From NCBI GenBank assembly GCA_964509645.1, contig CAZDXV010000001.1, positions 15,890 through 79,889 of the forward strand: 64,000 bases of DNA, read 5' to 3'. Made by a program: the position numbers and the translations under genes. The notes under the pieces were generated by a model that searched no databases, was not told the DNA's origin, and saw only the letters and a program-made list of their open reading frames with translations. The DNA is from an uncultured Candidatus Saccharibacteria bacterium (GTDB lineage: Bacteria > Patescibacteriota > Minisyncoccia > Minisyncoccales > GWA2-38-27). Every line of letters begins with the position of its first letter. The stretch's first letter is position 1. Below are positions 47,919-58,336 of the stretch, in pieces.

Positions 47919-49190
47919 ATGAAATCAATATCAATCCTATTCGGGTATATCTATAGAGATAAGAAATTATTATTACTCTTGATTTTTCTTATTTCTCTCT
48001 TTGCTTCGCTAATTTTTTTATTGTTATTAAAAAATGTAGGACCGTCTCAACATAATATTCCTGGTACTGACTATTTAAGCTTATACAAGCCAGTTACTCA
48101 GAGTTTGCTTGAGGGAAAGGGTTTTACCAAAGAAGGAGAGCTAATTACTAAAATCCCTCCCGGTTATCCCATTTTCTTGTCGGTGATTTTTGGTTTATCT
48201 TTTTTCTTGGGGATTGAAGAGCTTCAATTAATAGTGTTTTTTAATATTTTTATTAGCGCTTTAGCTGTTTGTTTTTTATTTCTTTTGGTGAATTCTATTT
48301 TTAATAAAAAAATAGCGTTAATATCCGCAATTTTATGGGCGAGCTATCCCTTTAATCTCTGGTTTATTAAAAATCCAAACACTGAAATTCCTTTTATCTT
48401 TTTTTTGTATTTGGGAATTTGGCTTTATATTCTCGCCGTTAAAAAAAGACATATTGGGTTTGTTTTTCTTGCTGGAGTTTTTATTGGTTTAACCTCTTTA
48501 ATTCGTCCCATAAGCATGCTTCTTCCTCTCCTCTTATTTTTCTTAGTTTTTTTCTTATTAAAGAAATCTTCAAGAAAAATTAAGATTTTCCTAGCTTTAT
48601 TTTTATTACTAGGCAGTCTGGTGACAATTATTCCCTGGGAAGGATATATTTTATTAAAAACGGGAAACATTATACCTCTTTCAACGAACGGATCTTCTTC
48701 TATTGTTGGTGGTTTTGCTTTTGCGCTCAGACCGACTGAAAGCGGGGAAAGAGCACCTGTTCCTGACGATGTCTTAGTTCTTATGAAGAAAATTAAAAAA
48801 GAACAACCGAGCAGCTTGGGAGAAGTTTTCAAATTTTTTAATCATGAACTAAAAAACAAACCCATATCATTTTTTAAGCTTATAGGAATAAAGATAACCA
48901 GAGCCTGGTATGCCACTTCTCAAATGTGGCATGAAAAGGAAATATTAACAGTTCAACTTTTCTATCTTGCGTTTGCTGTTTTGGGGTTGGTGCATGTGTT
49001 TAAGAAAAATAAAGAAAAAATTAAATATATTCTTTTACTATTAGTTATAATATTTTTCTTCTGGGGCATGACTATTATTGCTCTTTCGATATTGCGTTAT
49101 ATGGTTCCCGTTATGGGATTAGTTTTTATTTTTTCAGCGTTTTCAGTAGAATATATATTAAGTTGGTTTAAGAAAAAATATGCTGATTAA
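47919..49190 (+). CDS. GT-C (ArnT/PMT-like) membrane glycosyltransferase
   Basis: PPGYPIFL, TEIPF, LIRP, RYMVP; many TMs. Confidence 0.75.
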   Translation: MKSISILFGYIYRDKKLLLLLIFLISLFASLIFLLLLKNVGPSQHNIPGTDYLSLYKPVTQSLLEGKGFTKEGELITKIPPGYPIFLSVIFGLSFFLGIEELQLIVFFNIFISALAVCFLFLLVNSIFNKKIALISAILWASYPFNLWFIKNPNTEIPFIFFLYLGIWLYILAVKKRHIGFVFLAGVFIGLTSLIRPISMLLPLLLFFLVFFLLKKSSRKIKIFLALFLLLGSLVTIIPWEGYILLKTGNIIPLSTNGSSSIVGGFAFALRPTESGERAPVPDDVLVLMKKIKKEQPSSLGEVFKFFNHELKNKPISFFKLIGIKITRAWYATSQMWHEKEILTVQLFYLAFAVLGLVHVFKKNKEKIKYILLLLVIIFFFWGMTIIALSILRYMVPVMGLVFIFSAFSVEYILSWFKKKYAD

Positions 49191-50127
49191 AAGGTGCTTA
49201 AAAGTTTTAGGATTAATTCTATTTATTTATATTCTTTCTAAAATTAATTTCAAAGAATTATTTTTTATCTTGAAGAATATAAATTATTTTTATTTTTTGT
49301 TGGCGCTTATTTTATGGTTTTTCGTATTTATTTTAAAAGTTTTAAAATGGAAAATATTAATTAATTCTCAATGCATAACAATTTCTCGGACTGATTTCTA
49401 TAAAATATCTTTTTTAGGCCAGTATTTAGGAATGATTACCCCCGGAAAATTAGGAGAATTTTGGAAAGCTGAATATCTAACTAGAGTTTCTAGGGTTTCT
49501 CGGGGAAGGGCCTTCTATACTACTTTAATAGATAGATTGATAGATTTAATTATTATTATACCGATAAGTTTAATAAGCATTTCTGTTTTATCTCTCTTTT
49601 ATAAAATAAAAATAGGCTGGTTAATAATATTTTTAGTTTTAGTTTTAGGAACTTTTCTTGTTTATTTTTTAACAAAAAAAGAGAATATCAAAAGATTTTT
49701 TGAATTTTTTATAAAAATCTTTCTTCCAGGGCCTTTAAAGAAAAAAACTAATTTGTTTTTTGATGAGTTTTTTAAAGAGTTGGAAAAACTTAATTTCACT
49801 TTATTTTTAAAACTTATAGTCTGTGGGATGGGCTATTATTTTACGGCTGTTCTTGTTTATTACTTCGTGGCAATTTCTTTAGGAATAAGTGTTCCTTTTT
49901 GGTTTTTGTTTTTGATTGTAGCTTTAGTTTGGCTAATCCTTGCTCTTCCTATTACCGTTCTGGGCTTAGGAACCAGGGAGGCAAGTTATATTTTTTTCTT
50001 TTCCATTTTTGGAATAAACCCTCTTCAAGCAGTTACTTTTTCATTGCTTATTTTATTTTTAAACATTCTCTTTGCTGTTCCTGGGGCGGTATTATCTATT
50101 AAAAATAGTTATTTTAATTTTTCTTGA
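49180..50127 (+). CDS. Lysylphosphatidylglycerol-synthase-TM / flippase-like membrane protein
   Basis: TPGKLGE, DRLID, LPITVLGLGTRE. Confidence 0.8.
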   Translation: MLIKRCLKVLGLILFIYILSKINFKELFFILKNINYFYFLLALILWFFVFILKVLKWKILINSQCITISRTDFYKISFLGQYLGMITPGKLGEFWKAEYLTRVSRVSRGRAFYTTLIDRLIDLIIIIPISLISISVLSLFYKIKIGWLIIFLVLVLGTFLVYFLTKKENIKRFFEFFIKIFLPGPLKKKTNLFFDEFFKELEKLNFTLFLKLIVCGMGYYFTAVLVYYFVAISLGISVPFWFLFLIVALVWLILALPITVLGLGTREASYIFFFSIFGINPLQAVTFSLLILFLNILFAVPGAVLSIKNSYFNFS

Positions 50128-50175
50128 TTAAAATCTATAAAAGAATTAAAATTTTAAATATAGAAACAAACATCT

Positions 50176-51129
50176 ATGAAATTAATTATTCTTATTCCAG
50201 CCTATAACGAAGAAGATGCTATTGGTTCTGTAATTAATAAAATACCCGATGATATTTTTGGTATTGATGAAAAAGAAATTGTAGTGATTAATGATGGTTC
50301 TTCTGACAATACGGCTTCGAATTCAAAAGGGGCAGGAGCTCAAGTTTTTTCTCATCAAGAAAATAAAGGAGTAGGGATAGCTTTTCGAACAGGAATAGAA
50401 CAGTCATTAATAAGGAAAGCGGATCTTGTTGTAACTATTGATGGAGATGGGCAATTTAATCCAAGTGATATTTCAGAATTGATTAAGCCGGTGATTAAAA
50501 AAGAAGCAGATTTTGTTACGGCATCTCGTTTTTTAAAAAAAGAATTTATTCCTTTCAATATGCCCAAGATTAAAATTTGGGGAAATAAAATAGTAAGTAG
50601 GATAGTTAGTTTTTTGGTGGGAAAAAAATTTTATGATGTGACTTGTGGCTTTAGGGCTTATTCGAAAGAAGCTATATTAAATCTTAATTTATTCGGTGAT
50701 TTTACTTATACTCAGGAAACTTTTTTAGATTTAAGTTTTAAACAATTAAAAATAAAAGAAATTCCCATAAGAGTTCAGTATTTTTCTGATAGAAAATCAA
50801 GAGTTACAAAGAGTTTACTTAAGTATATTTTTCAAGTTTTTAAAATTATTCTTAAAACACTTAGAGATTATAAGCCCCTTAAATTTTTTGGTTCAATAGG
50901 GATTTTTATATTTTTATTGGGTATATTTGCGGATGTTTATATTTTTATATATTTTTTAAAGACAGGATTTTTTACCCCTTATAAATTTTTAGCTTTTATC
51001 GGAGGATTTTTAAATGCTTTAGGAGTGGGGATTTTTATACTTGGTTTAGTAGCTGATATGCTTTTGCGGTTAAGAAAAAATCAAGAAAAGCTGTTATATT
51101 ATCAGAAAAAAAAATTTTATGAAAATTGA
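50176..51129 (+). CDS. GT2, polyprenol-phosphate glycosyltransferase-like
   Basis: IPAYNEE, DGDGQF, DVTCGFRAY; two C-terminal TMs. Confidence 0.85.
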   Translation: MKLIILIPAYNEEDAIGSVINKIPDDIFGIDEKEIVVINDGSSDNTASNSKGAGAQVFSHQENKGVGIAFRTGIEQSLIRKADLVVTIDGDGQFNPSDISELIKPVIKKEADFVTASRFLKKEFIPFNMPKIKIWGNKIVSRIVSFLVGKKFYDVTCGFRAYSKEAILNLNLFGDFTYTQETFLDLSFKQLKIKEIPIRVQYFSDRKSRVTKSLLKYIFQVFKIILKTLRDYKPLKFFGSIGIFIFLLGIFADVYIFIYFLKTGFFTPYKFLAFIGGFLNALGVGIFILGLVADMLLRLRKNQEKLLYYQKKKFYEN

Positions 51130-51724
51130 AGAAAAATTTAGCGGCAAATATTTGTCAAAGAGTTTCATTATTAAGAAATTGGTTAAAAATTATTTTAATA
51201 ATATTGATGATATTATTTCCAATCTTGATGTTGAAAAAGTACTAGAAGTTGGTTGTGGTTTAGGATTTTCCACAGAGTATTTATCAAGAATGTTTGAAAA
51301 TAAAAAATTCCAGGCATCAGAATTTAATGACCGCTTATTAAAAAAGGCAAAAAAGAAAAACCCTTGTGTGAAAATAATCCAGGAATCTGTTTATGATTTG
51401 AAGAGAGAAGATAATTCTTTTGACTTGATAATGGTTTTAGAGGTTTTAGAACATCTAAAAAAACCTGAGTTAGCTCTAGAAGAAATTCATCGTGCAACTA
51501 ATCGTTATTGCTTAATAAGTGTTCCCAATGAACCCCTTTGGAGATTTCTAAATGTTATTAGGTTAAAGTATCTGAAGCGATTGGGTAATACGCCAGATCA
51601 CTATCAACATTGGTCAGAAAAAACCCTAGTGCGTTTTTTAGAGCCCCTTTTTTTAGTAAAAAAAATTAAAAAACCATTACCGTGGATATTTATTTTAGGA
51701 GAAAAAAGAAATTTTAAGATATGA
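51119..51724 (+). CDS. Class I SAM-dependent methyltransferase
   Basis: VLEVGCGLG, LEVLEHL, SVPNEP. Confidence 0.9.
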   Translation: MKIEEKFSGKYLSKSFIIKKLVKNYFNNIDDIISNLDVEKVLEVGCGLGFSTEYLSRMFENKKFQASEFNDRLLKKAKKKNPCVKIIQESVYDLKREDNSFDLIMVLEVLEHLKKPELALEEIHRATNRYCLISVPNEPLWRFLNVIRLKYLKRLGNTPDHYQHWSEKTLVRFLEPLFLVKKIKKPLPWIFILGEKRNFKI

Positions 51725-52683
51725 ATTCTAATAAGATAAAATTTAATTCACCGTTTGTTTCAATAATTATTCCTTGTCGTAACGAAGAAAGATTTATTAA
51801 GGCGTGTCTAGATTCTATAATTAAAAATAATTTTCCTAAAGCAAACCTTGAGATTTTAGTAATAGATGGGTCATCAGAAGATAAAACCAAAGAGATAGTT
51901 AGTTTCTATATAGAAAAATATCCTTTTATTAAACTGTTTAATAATTCTAGAAAAATAAAGCCTGTTGCCTTGAATATAGGGATTAATAACTCAAGAGGGA
52001 GATATATCTTAATAGCGGATGCTCATTCTGTTTATCGAAAAGACTATATTTCCAAATGTATATATTATTTAGAAAATTACGGGGCTGATAATGTCGGGGG
52101 GGTGATAAAAACAAAACCTGCTTCTAGCAGTTTTATTGCAAAAGCTATTGCTCTTTGTTTGAGCCATTTTTTTGGAGCTGGAAATTCTTATTTCAGAACA
52201 GGCTCTGAAAGACCACAATGGGTAGATACTGTTTTTTGTGGTTGTTATAGAAGGGAAGTTTTTAATAAGGTAGGGCTTTTTAATGAGAATCTTGTGAGGT
52301 CTCAAGATATGGAATTTAACCTGAGATTAAAAAAAGCAGGAGGTAAAATTCTTTTAGTGCCTGATATTGTGAGTTATTATTACCCCAAAAGTAATTTAAA
52401 AGATTTTTTTCTTCATAACATAAAAGATGGAATATGGTCTATTTTTCCCTTAAAGTTTATTAAAACGCCATTTAAAATAAGGCATTATATCCCCCTTATT
52501 TTTGTTTTAACCTTGCCCTTGAGTATTTGGCCCTACATTATTCTTTCTATTTATTTCTCCTTGAAGATTGCTTTTAGAGATAAAGATTGGCGATATTTTT
52601 TTGTGATGCCACTTGTTTTTGGAATCCGCCATATTGGATATGGATTGGGTTCTCTTTTTGGTTTATTAAAGCTGATATTTTAA
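51721..52683 (+). CDS. Glycosyltransferase family 2 (ExoA-like)
   Basis: IPCRNEE, ADAH, RSQDMEFNLRL. Confidence 0.88.
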   Translation: MNSNKIKFNSPFVSIIIPCRNEERFIKACLDSIIKNNFPKANLEILVIDGSSEDKTKEIVSFYIEKYPFIKLFNNSRKIKPVALNIGINNSRGRYILIADAHSVYRKDYISKCIYYLENYGADNVGGVIKTKPASSSFIAKAIALCLSHFFGAGNSYFRTGSERPQWVDTVFCGCYRREVFNKVGLFNENLVRSQDMEFNLRLKKAGGKILLVPDIVSYYYPKSNLKDFFLHNIKDGIWSIFPLKFIKTPFKIRHYIPLIFVLTLPLSIWPYIILSIYFSLKIAFRDKDWRYFFVMPLVFGIRHIGYGLGSLFGLLKLIF

Positions 52684-52702
52684 TGCAAAGGAGAAAAGAG
52701 AA
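52271..52702 (+). repeat. 432-bp direct repeat, copy 1
   Basis: Read as identical to 59944-60375. Confidence 0.92.
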
Positions 52703-53414
52703 AGAAATACAGCATTATGATAAAGCGGCGAACAGGTTTGAGAATAGAAGTTTGAGTCTTTTTTCTTTAGGCAGTTATGCTTTTCTGAGAAGCATTTTTA
52801 ATGATAATTACGGTAATGTTTTAGATTACGGTTGCGGAACAGGAGTACATTCTCAATGGCTAAAAGAGCATGGAGAGAGAGTAATGGGAGTTGATCTTTC
52901 TCAAAAATCAATTAATTTTGCTAGGAAAAAGGTGGAAGGCGTTGAGTTTTTGGTGAAAGATTGCGAAGAAACCGGATTTGACGATAATTATTTCGATATG
53001 GTTTTTGACGGAGGAACTTTTTCTTCTTTAGATTTAAACAAAGCTATAAAAGAGATAGTAAGAATTTTGAAGCCTAACGGAACTTTAGTTGGGATTGAAA
53101 CCCTGGGCCACAATCCACTTCTTAATTTGAAAAGAAGGATTAACAGATTGATAGGAAAAAGAACTAAATGGGCAACAGAACATATACTAAAAACGAAAGA
53201 TTTTGAAATGATTAAAAACCATTTTAGCAGGGCAGAAGCCCATTTTTTTCATCTTGTTTCTTGGTTGGCTTTTCCTTTTTTAAAATATCCTGGAGGAAAG
53301 TTTTTTTTGAGGTTTTTAGAGAAGATAGATATAATTCTAATTAGTTTATTTCCTTTTTTAGAGAAACATTCTTTTAAAATAGTGTTTATTCTCTCAAATC
53401 CTAAAAAGAAGTAA
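52683..53414 (+). CDS. Class I SAM-dependent methyltransferase (paralog 1)
   Basis: VLDYGCGTG, DGGTFSSLD; ATG overlaps GT2 stop (TAATG). Confidence 0.88.
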   Translation: MQRRKEKEIQHYDKAANRFENRSLSLFSLGSYAFLRSIFNDNYGNVLDYGCGTGVHSQWLKEHGERVMGVDLSQKSINFARKKVEGVEFLVKDCEETGFDDNYFDMVFDGGTFSSLDLNKAIKEIVRILKPNGTLVGIETLGHNPLLNLKRRINRLIGKRTKWATEHILKTKDFEMIKNHFSRAEAHFFHLVSWLAFPFLKYPGGKFFLRFLEKIDIILISLFPFLEKHSFKIVFILSNPKKK

Positions 53415-53417
53415 TTA

Positions 53418-54110
53418 ATGCATAATGCCACAAAGATGCTAACGATCGGCGAAGGCGGTATAATTATTACCGATGACAAGAAAATAGCAGATATAGTTAG
53501 AGAGTTAAGAGACTATACGGTCATACTGAATTCAAAATAAGGTATAATTACAAAATGACTGATATAGCGGCGGTTACGGATATTGCTTGGTTAAAGAAGC
53601 TGGATGGATTTATAGTGTGGAGACCTTAATTAAAGCAGTACCTTTTGTTTTAAATAAGTTGCCTGAAACAAAATTTATTATTGCAGGGGAGGGATTTGAG
53701 AGAAGAAAACTAAAAAAGCTGGCAGAATCTTTAAGAATATCAAAGAATATTAAGTTTGTGGGTCAGCTTTTTGAAAAACAGATTCCAGATTACTTAAAAT
53801 TAAGCGATATTTATGTGTCTACTTCTTTATCTGACGGTTCTTCCCTCTCTTTGATAGAGGCGATGTTTAGCGGTAGTTTTCCAGTGGTTACTCGTATTCC
53901 GGCCAATGAGGAATGGACTAAGGACGAAGTAAATGGTTTTTTGCGAACCTAGAAATTATCTCCAACTAGCGGAAAAGATTTTGAAGACTTTCTCAGTTTC
54001 TTTCTAGTGATATTAGGAAAAAAGTAGTTAAAAAAATCAAAAACTGGTTAAAAAAAGAAGATCGTCAGAAAAACATAGAATTAATGGAAAAGTATTATTC
54101 TCAATTAATT
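53418..54110 (+). pseudogene. Chimeric remnants: DegT aminotransferase fragment followed by GT4 C-terminal fragment
   Basis: ATKMLTIGEGG...RDY / RYNYKMTDIAA then DIYVSTSLSDG..LIEAM, with frameshifts and stops; 3' limit approximate. Confidence 0.7.
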
Positions 54111-54222
54111 AATAAAAAAAGAGTTTTGATTAAACTAAAAATTTTACTAAAATCTAATAATAGGATATAAAGAATATATGTAAAAAGGTTGAATTAAAAA
54201 TTATTAATCTTTTTTTAAAAAA

Positions 54223-55239
54223 ATGAAAGGAATATCTCAAATTGTATTATGGGTTATTGTTATTTTGGTTATAGGAATCGGAGTTGCTTTATATTATTCT
54301 TTTCAGGAATCGACTGCGCCTGAAGAAGAAAAAACTGAAGGGGATAAGCTGGAAAAAATTAGATACGGAGGGCAATATTATCCTGGGGAGTTTGTGCTAT
54401 TTGGCGAACCTTCTTTTTGGTCAGATCGAGGCGTAGAGGTAGAGCATACTTTGTTTAGCTCAGGCGCTGAAAATAATGAAGCATTAGTTGCAGGAAACCT
54501 TGATATTAATTGTGGCTCTGACAGCAAAACCGTTGCTATATTCAACGCTATTCCAAACAAGGCCTTGATTATTGGTATTCTTCAGAGAGGGGACAGATAT
54601 GCTACTGTAGTAAGAGAAGATTCTAATTATGACAGCTGGAACGACTTAGCTGGTAAAAAGGTAGCTACTAGATTTGGTACTGGAGCAGAGGGAGTGTTGA
54701 GAAAATATTACGAAAGAGAAGGTTATTCCTGGGAAAATTTTCAGTATGTGAATCTTAAGATAGAAGATATGGCTGCTGCTCTAGAGAGCGGGCAGATTGA
54801 GGCTTTTACTGCCTGGGAACCTACTCCGGGCATAGTCGAAGCAAAAGGAATTGGGAGAGTGATGAGAACCTATGGAGATGTAGCTTTAGTGCCGGTATCA
54901 ATCCATACTACCAGAAAGTATGCTAGGGAACATCAAGAAGAGATAGTCAGATTTTTAGCAGCTCAATTAGATAAAGCGGAACTAATTAGGGAGAATCCCA
55001 AAGAAGCCGCGAAGATTGCTAGTACTGCTGCGGCTAAAAAAGGTATTACCGTATCTTCTGAAGCATTTGAAAAAGTATTTAGCAGAATTGATTTTACCAT
55101 TGAGTTCGACCAAAAGATTATTGATGCCATAAACCAAACTGCTGACTTTTTAGTGTCTCAAGGAAAGATTCAAGAGAAACCGGAGTTAGAATGGGATACT
55201 AGTTTTATTGAGGAGGCAAAAAAACTTCGGCAGGAATAA
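54223..55239 (+). CDS. ABC transporter substrate-binding protein, NitT/TauT (SsuA-like)
   Basis: N-terminal anchor, FSSG...ALVAGNLD, DLAGKKVA, AWEP. Confidence 0.85.
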   Translation: MKGISQIVLWVIVILVIGIGVALYYSFQESTAPEEEKTEGDKLEKIRYGGQYYPGEFVLFGEPSFWSDRGVEVEHTLFSSGAENNEALVAGNLDINCGSDSKTVAIFNAIPNKALIIGILQRGDRYATVVREDSNYDSWNDLAGKKVATRFGTGAEGVLRKYYEREGYSWENFQYVNLKIEDMAAALESGQIEAFTAWEPTPGIVEAKGIGRVMRTYGDVALVPVSIHTTRKYAREHQEEIVRFLAAQLDKAELIRENPKEAAKIASTAAAKKGITVSSEAFEKVFSRIDFTIEFDQKIIDAINQTADFLVSQGKIQEKPELEWDTSFIEEAKKLRQE

Positions 55240-55278
55240 AATCCTAAAAGCGCTTTTAATTCCAAAACTGTTTGATCT

Positions 55279-56097
55279 ATGGATAAATTAAAAGAAAAGT
55301 TTATCACGGTTTTATATTGCTTGATTCCTCTTGCGTTTGTTTTTGTGGGATGGGAGATATGTTCTAGATTAGAGATTGTAGAACCTGCTTTGCTTTCCAG
55401 GCCTTCCGAAATAATGAGAGTGCTTAACAGGTTACTTACCGAACAAACTGATGCTCAACATTCAGTCTTATTAACCCATATCTTTTCTAGTCTTTACCGT
55501 TTGTTTTTATCTTTAATTTTAGCTAGTTTGATAGGTATTAGCTTGGGAATTTTAATGGGAATTAACCGCTATGTTCGTAAATTTTTTGATCCCTTGCTGA
55601 GCGCTTTGGCACCTATCCCGGGGATAGCCTGGACCCCGCTTTTTTTAATCTGGCTGGGATTTGGTGACCTTACTATTATTACTGTTGGTTTTTTGGCTGC
55701 TTTTTTTCCTATTGTTTATAATACTGCAGCCGGAGTAAGAAGTATTAATCAAAAATTGGTTTGGGCGGCTCAGTCAGTAGGAGTTAATAAATTATCTCTT
55801 TTAATAAAAGTATATATTCCCTCTTCTTTAAACTATATTTTTACCGGTTTCAAACTTGGATTGGCTCGAGGATGGAGGACGATTATTGCTGTAGAAATGA
55901 TAGCGGCTACTCTTTGGGGTTTAGGTTTTATGATTTTTGACGCGAGAGAATATTTACAGTCCTCTGTTATCTACGGAGGTATAATGATTTTAGCTTTTAC
56001 CTATCTTTTTATTGAAAAAGTCATAATTAGCTGGATGGAAAAAAAGACTGTAACCAAATGGGGGATGGTCAGAGAAATTAACGAAAAGCAACAATGA
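55279..56097 (+). CDS. ABC transporter permease, NitT/TauT family
   Basis: PIPGIAWTPL, FFPIVYNT, IIAVEM. Confidence 0.88.
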   Translation: MDKLKEKFITVLYCLIPLAFVFVGWEICSRLEIVEPALLSRPSEIMRVLNRLLTEQTDAQHSVLLTHIFSSLYRLFLSLILASLIGISLGILMGINRYVRKFFDPLLSALAPIPGIAWTPLFLIWLGFGDLTIITVGFLAAFFPIVYNTAAGVRSINQKLVWAAQSVGVNKLSLLIKVYIPSSLNYIFTGFKLGLARGWRTIIAVEMIAATLWGLGFMIFDAREYLQSSVIYGGIMILAFTYLFIEKVIISWMEKKTVTKWGMVREINEKQQ

Positions 56098-56882
56098 AGA
56101 AACTAAAAGATAAAATTAGAGAGTTAATTTTTTTCTTGATTCCTTTTGCGGTAGTGATTATTATTTGGCAACTAATTGTGGATTTTAGTTTGGTTAAATC
56201 CTCAATTCTTCCTTCTCCCTGGCAAGTAGTTTCGCATTTTTTTTCCCTGGTTTATCCAGAGCCAATTTTGCTTACTCATCTCAGTAAAAGTTTTTATAGA
56301 TTGATTTTTGGTTTTATCTTAGGGGCTTGTGGTGGTGTTTTGTCGGGAATTTTAATGGGGAGTTTCCGATGGGTAAGACGGGCCTTTTCTCCTCTAATTA
56401 GTTTTTTTATTTCCGTTCCTACTATTGCTTGGGTTCCTATACTATTGATTTTTCTTGGCATTGGAAATAAAAGTATTATTATTGCAATTTTTCTTGGCTG
56501 TTTTTTCCCAATAGTATATAATACAATGGAAGGGATAAAAGGAGTGAATAAGCATTATATCTGGGCTTCCAAAACAATGGGAGCTAAGAATTTAGTTATT
56601 TTTGCTAAAGTCCTTTTCCCCTGCTCTCTGGTTTCAATTTTAACCGGTTTAAGATTGGGACTTGGTTATTCTTGGAGAGCTTTGGTCGGAGCGGAGATGT
56701 TAGCGGCTGCCAGCTGGGGTTTGGGCTATATGATTTACAATGCTAGGGCTTTCTGTGATATAGAGACAATGTTTTTGGGTTTAATATTAATATGTTTAGG
56801 AGGGACGGTTTTAGATCAATTAATAATAAGAACAATAGAAAAGAAAACCATAGAAAAATGGGGATTGGTAACAAAAAAATAA
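56094..56882 (+). CDS. ABC transporter permease, NitT/TauT family (second)
   Basis: PSPWQV, VPTIAWVP, WRALVGAEM. Confidence 0.88.
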   Translation: MKKLKDKIRELIFFLIPFAVVIIIWQLIVDFSLVKSSILPSPWQVVSHFFSLVYPEPILLTHLSKSFYRLIFGFILGACGGVLSGILMGSFRWVRRAFSPLISFFISVPTIAWVPILLIFLGIGNKSIIIAIFLGCFFPIVYNTMEGIKGVNKHYIWASKTMGAKNLVIFAKVLFPCSLVSILTGLRLGLGYSWRALVGAEMLAAASWGLGYMIYNARAFCDIETMFLGLILICLGGTVLDQLIIRTIEKKTIEKWGLVTKK

Positions 56883-57658
56883 AAATTGCTGCTGTAAATC
56901 TAAAAAAAAGTTTTGTGGATAGTGAAAATAAGAAAGTACTGGCTTTAGATAATTTTAATTTAGAAATCAAGGAAAAAGAATTTGCAGTAATAGTAGGGCC
57001 TTCTGGTTGCGGGAAGTCCACTTTTTTGTATATGGTGGGTGGTTTTGACCAGCCGACCAGTGGCCAAGTTCTAATTCAACAAAAACCGGTTACAAAACCG
57101 GGTCCAAACAGAGGATTTATTTTTCAGGAATATGTTTTGTTTCCCTGGTTAAATGTTTTAAAAAATGTTAGTTTTGGACTGAGAAATCAGGGTTTTTCTA
57201 GGAAGGAAGCAGAAAAGGTAGCTGGGCAATATATTAAAATGGTAGGATTAGAAGGGTTTGAAAGATCTTATCCTCACACTTTATCTGGGGGAATGAAACA
57301 GAGAGTGGCTATTGCTAGAGCATTAGCTTATGATCCAGAGATTTTATTGTTGGATGAACCATTTGCTTCTTTGGATGCCCAGACTAGAAAGATTATGCAG
57401 CAGGAATTGGTAAGAATTTGGCAGAAAACTAAAAAAACGGTAGTATTTGTTACTCATTCTGTAGTAGAGGCAGCTTATCTTGCTGACCGAATTTTTGTAA
57501 TGACCGCTAGACCAGGTAAAATAAAAGCGGTAATCGAGGTAAATATTCCAAGGCCAAGAGATTACTCAGGAAAAAAATATCTGACTATTAGAAAAAGAGC
57601 TCTTTCTCTTTTGGATCAAGAAGTTAAAAAGGAAAGAAAACTGGATAAAAATTATTGA
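56858..57658 (+). CDS. ABC transporter ATP-binding protein, NitT/TauT family
   Basis: GPSGCGKST, LSGGMKQR, LLDEPF, ARPG; ATG 56858 preferred. Confidence 0.92.
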   Translation: MGIGNKKIKIAAVNLKKSFVDSENKKVLALDNFNLEIKEKEFAVIVGPSGCGKSTFLYMVGGFDQPTSGQVLIQQKPVTKPGPNRGFIFQEYVLFPWLNVLKNVSFGLRNQGFSRKEAEKVAGQYIKMVGLEGFERSYPHTLSGGMKQRVAIARALAYDPEILLLDEPFASLDAQTRKIMQQELVRIWQKTKKTVVFVTHSVVEAAYLADRIFVMTARPGKIKAVIEVNIPRPRDYSGKKYLTIRKRALSLLDQEVKKERKLDKNY

Positions 57659-57661
57659 AAC

Positions 57662-58306
57662 ATGTTTAATAATTTTAAAAAAATATTAGTATTAGCTCCT
57701 CATACGGATGATGGAGAATTGGGGTGTGGAGGGAGCATTGCTAAGTTTTTAGAAGAAGGAAAGGAAATTTATTATATAGTTTTTTCTACGGCTCAGACCT
57801 CGGTTAAAAAAGGATTTTCTAAAAATATTTTAGAGATTGAAGTTAAAAAAGCCACAAGCATATTGGGAATTTCTCCTGAAAACTTAATTATTTATCATTA
57901 TCCAGTCCGTCGTTTTCCTCAATACCGGCAAGAGATTTTAGAAGAGTTAATAAAACTTAAGAGAAAAATTAACCCCAATCTAGTTTTTATTCCCTCTATA
58001 AATGATATTCATCAAGATCATCGGGTTATAGCCGAGGAAGGATTAAGAGCTTTTAAAAGACAAAGCCTCTTGGGATATGAAGAGCCTTGGAATAATATAG
58101 TTTTTGCTACAAGAAGTTTTATTCCTTTAGAAAAAAAACATGTGGAGAAAAAAGTTGAAGCATTGAACTGTTACCGGTCTCAAAAACATCGGGCTTATTT
58201 AAATCAAGATTTAATTTGGAGTTTGGCGAAAACTAGAGGAGTACAAATAGAAGGAGAATATGCTGAGGCCTTTGAGGTAATGAGATGGATTTTTGATGGA
58301 AAATAA
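57662..58306 (+). CDS. PIG-L/LmbE family deacetylase
   Basis: APHTDDGELGCGG, HQDH, AEAF. Confidence 0.9.
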   Translation: MFNNFKKILVLAPHTDDGELGCGGSIAKFLEEGKEIYYIVFSTAQTSVKKGFSKNILEIEVKKATSILGISPENLIIYHYPVRRFPQYRQEILEELIKLKRKINPNLVFIPSINDIHQDHRVIAEEGLRAFKRQSLLGYEEPWNNIVFATRSFIPLEKKHVEKKVEALNCYRSQKHRAYLNQDLIWSLAKTRGVQIEGEYAEAFEVMRWIFDGK

Positions 58307-58336
58307 GACAAATTATACAATTTTTAGTACTCCTTA

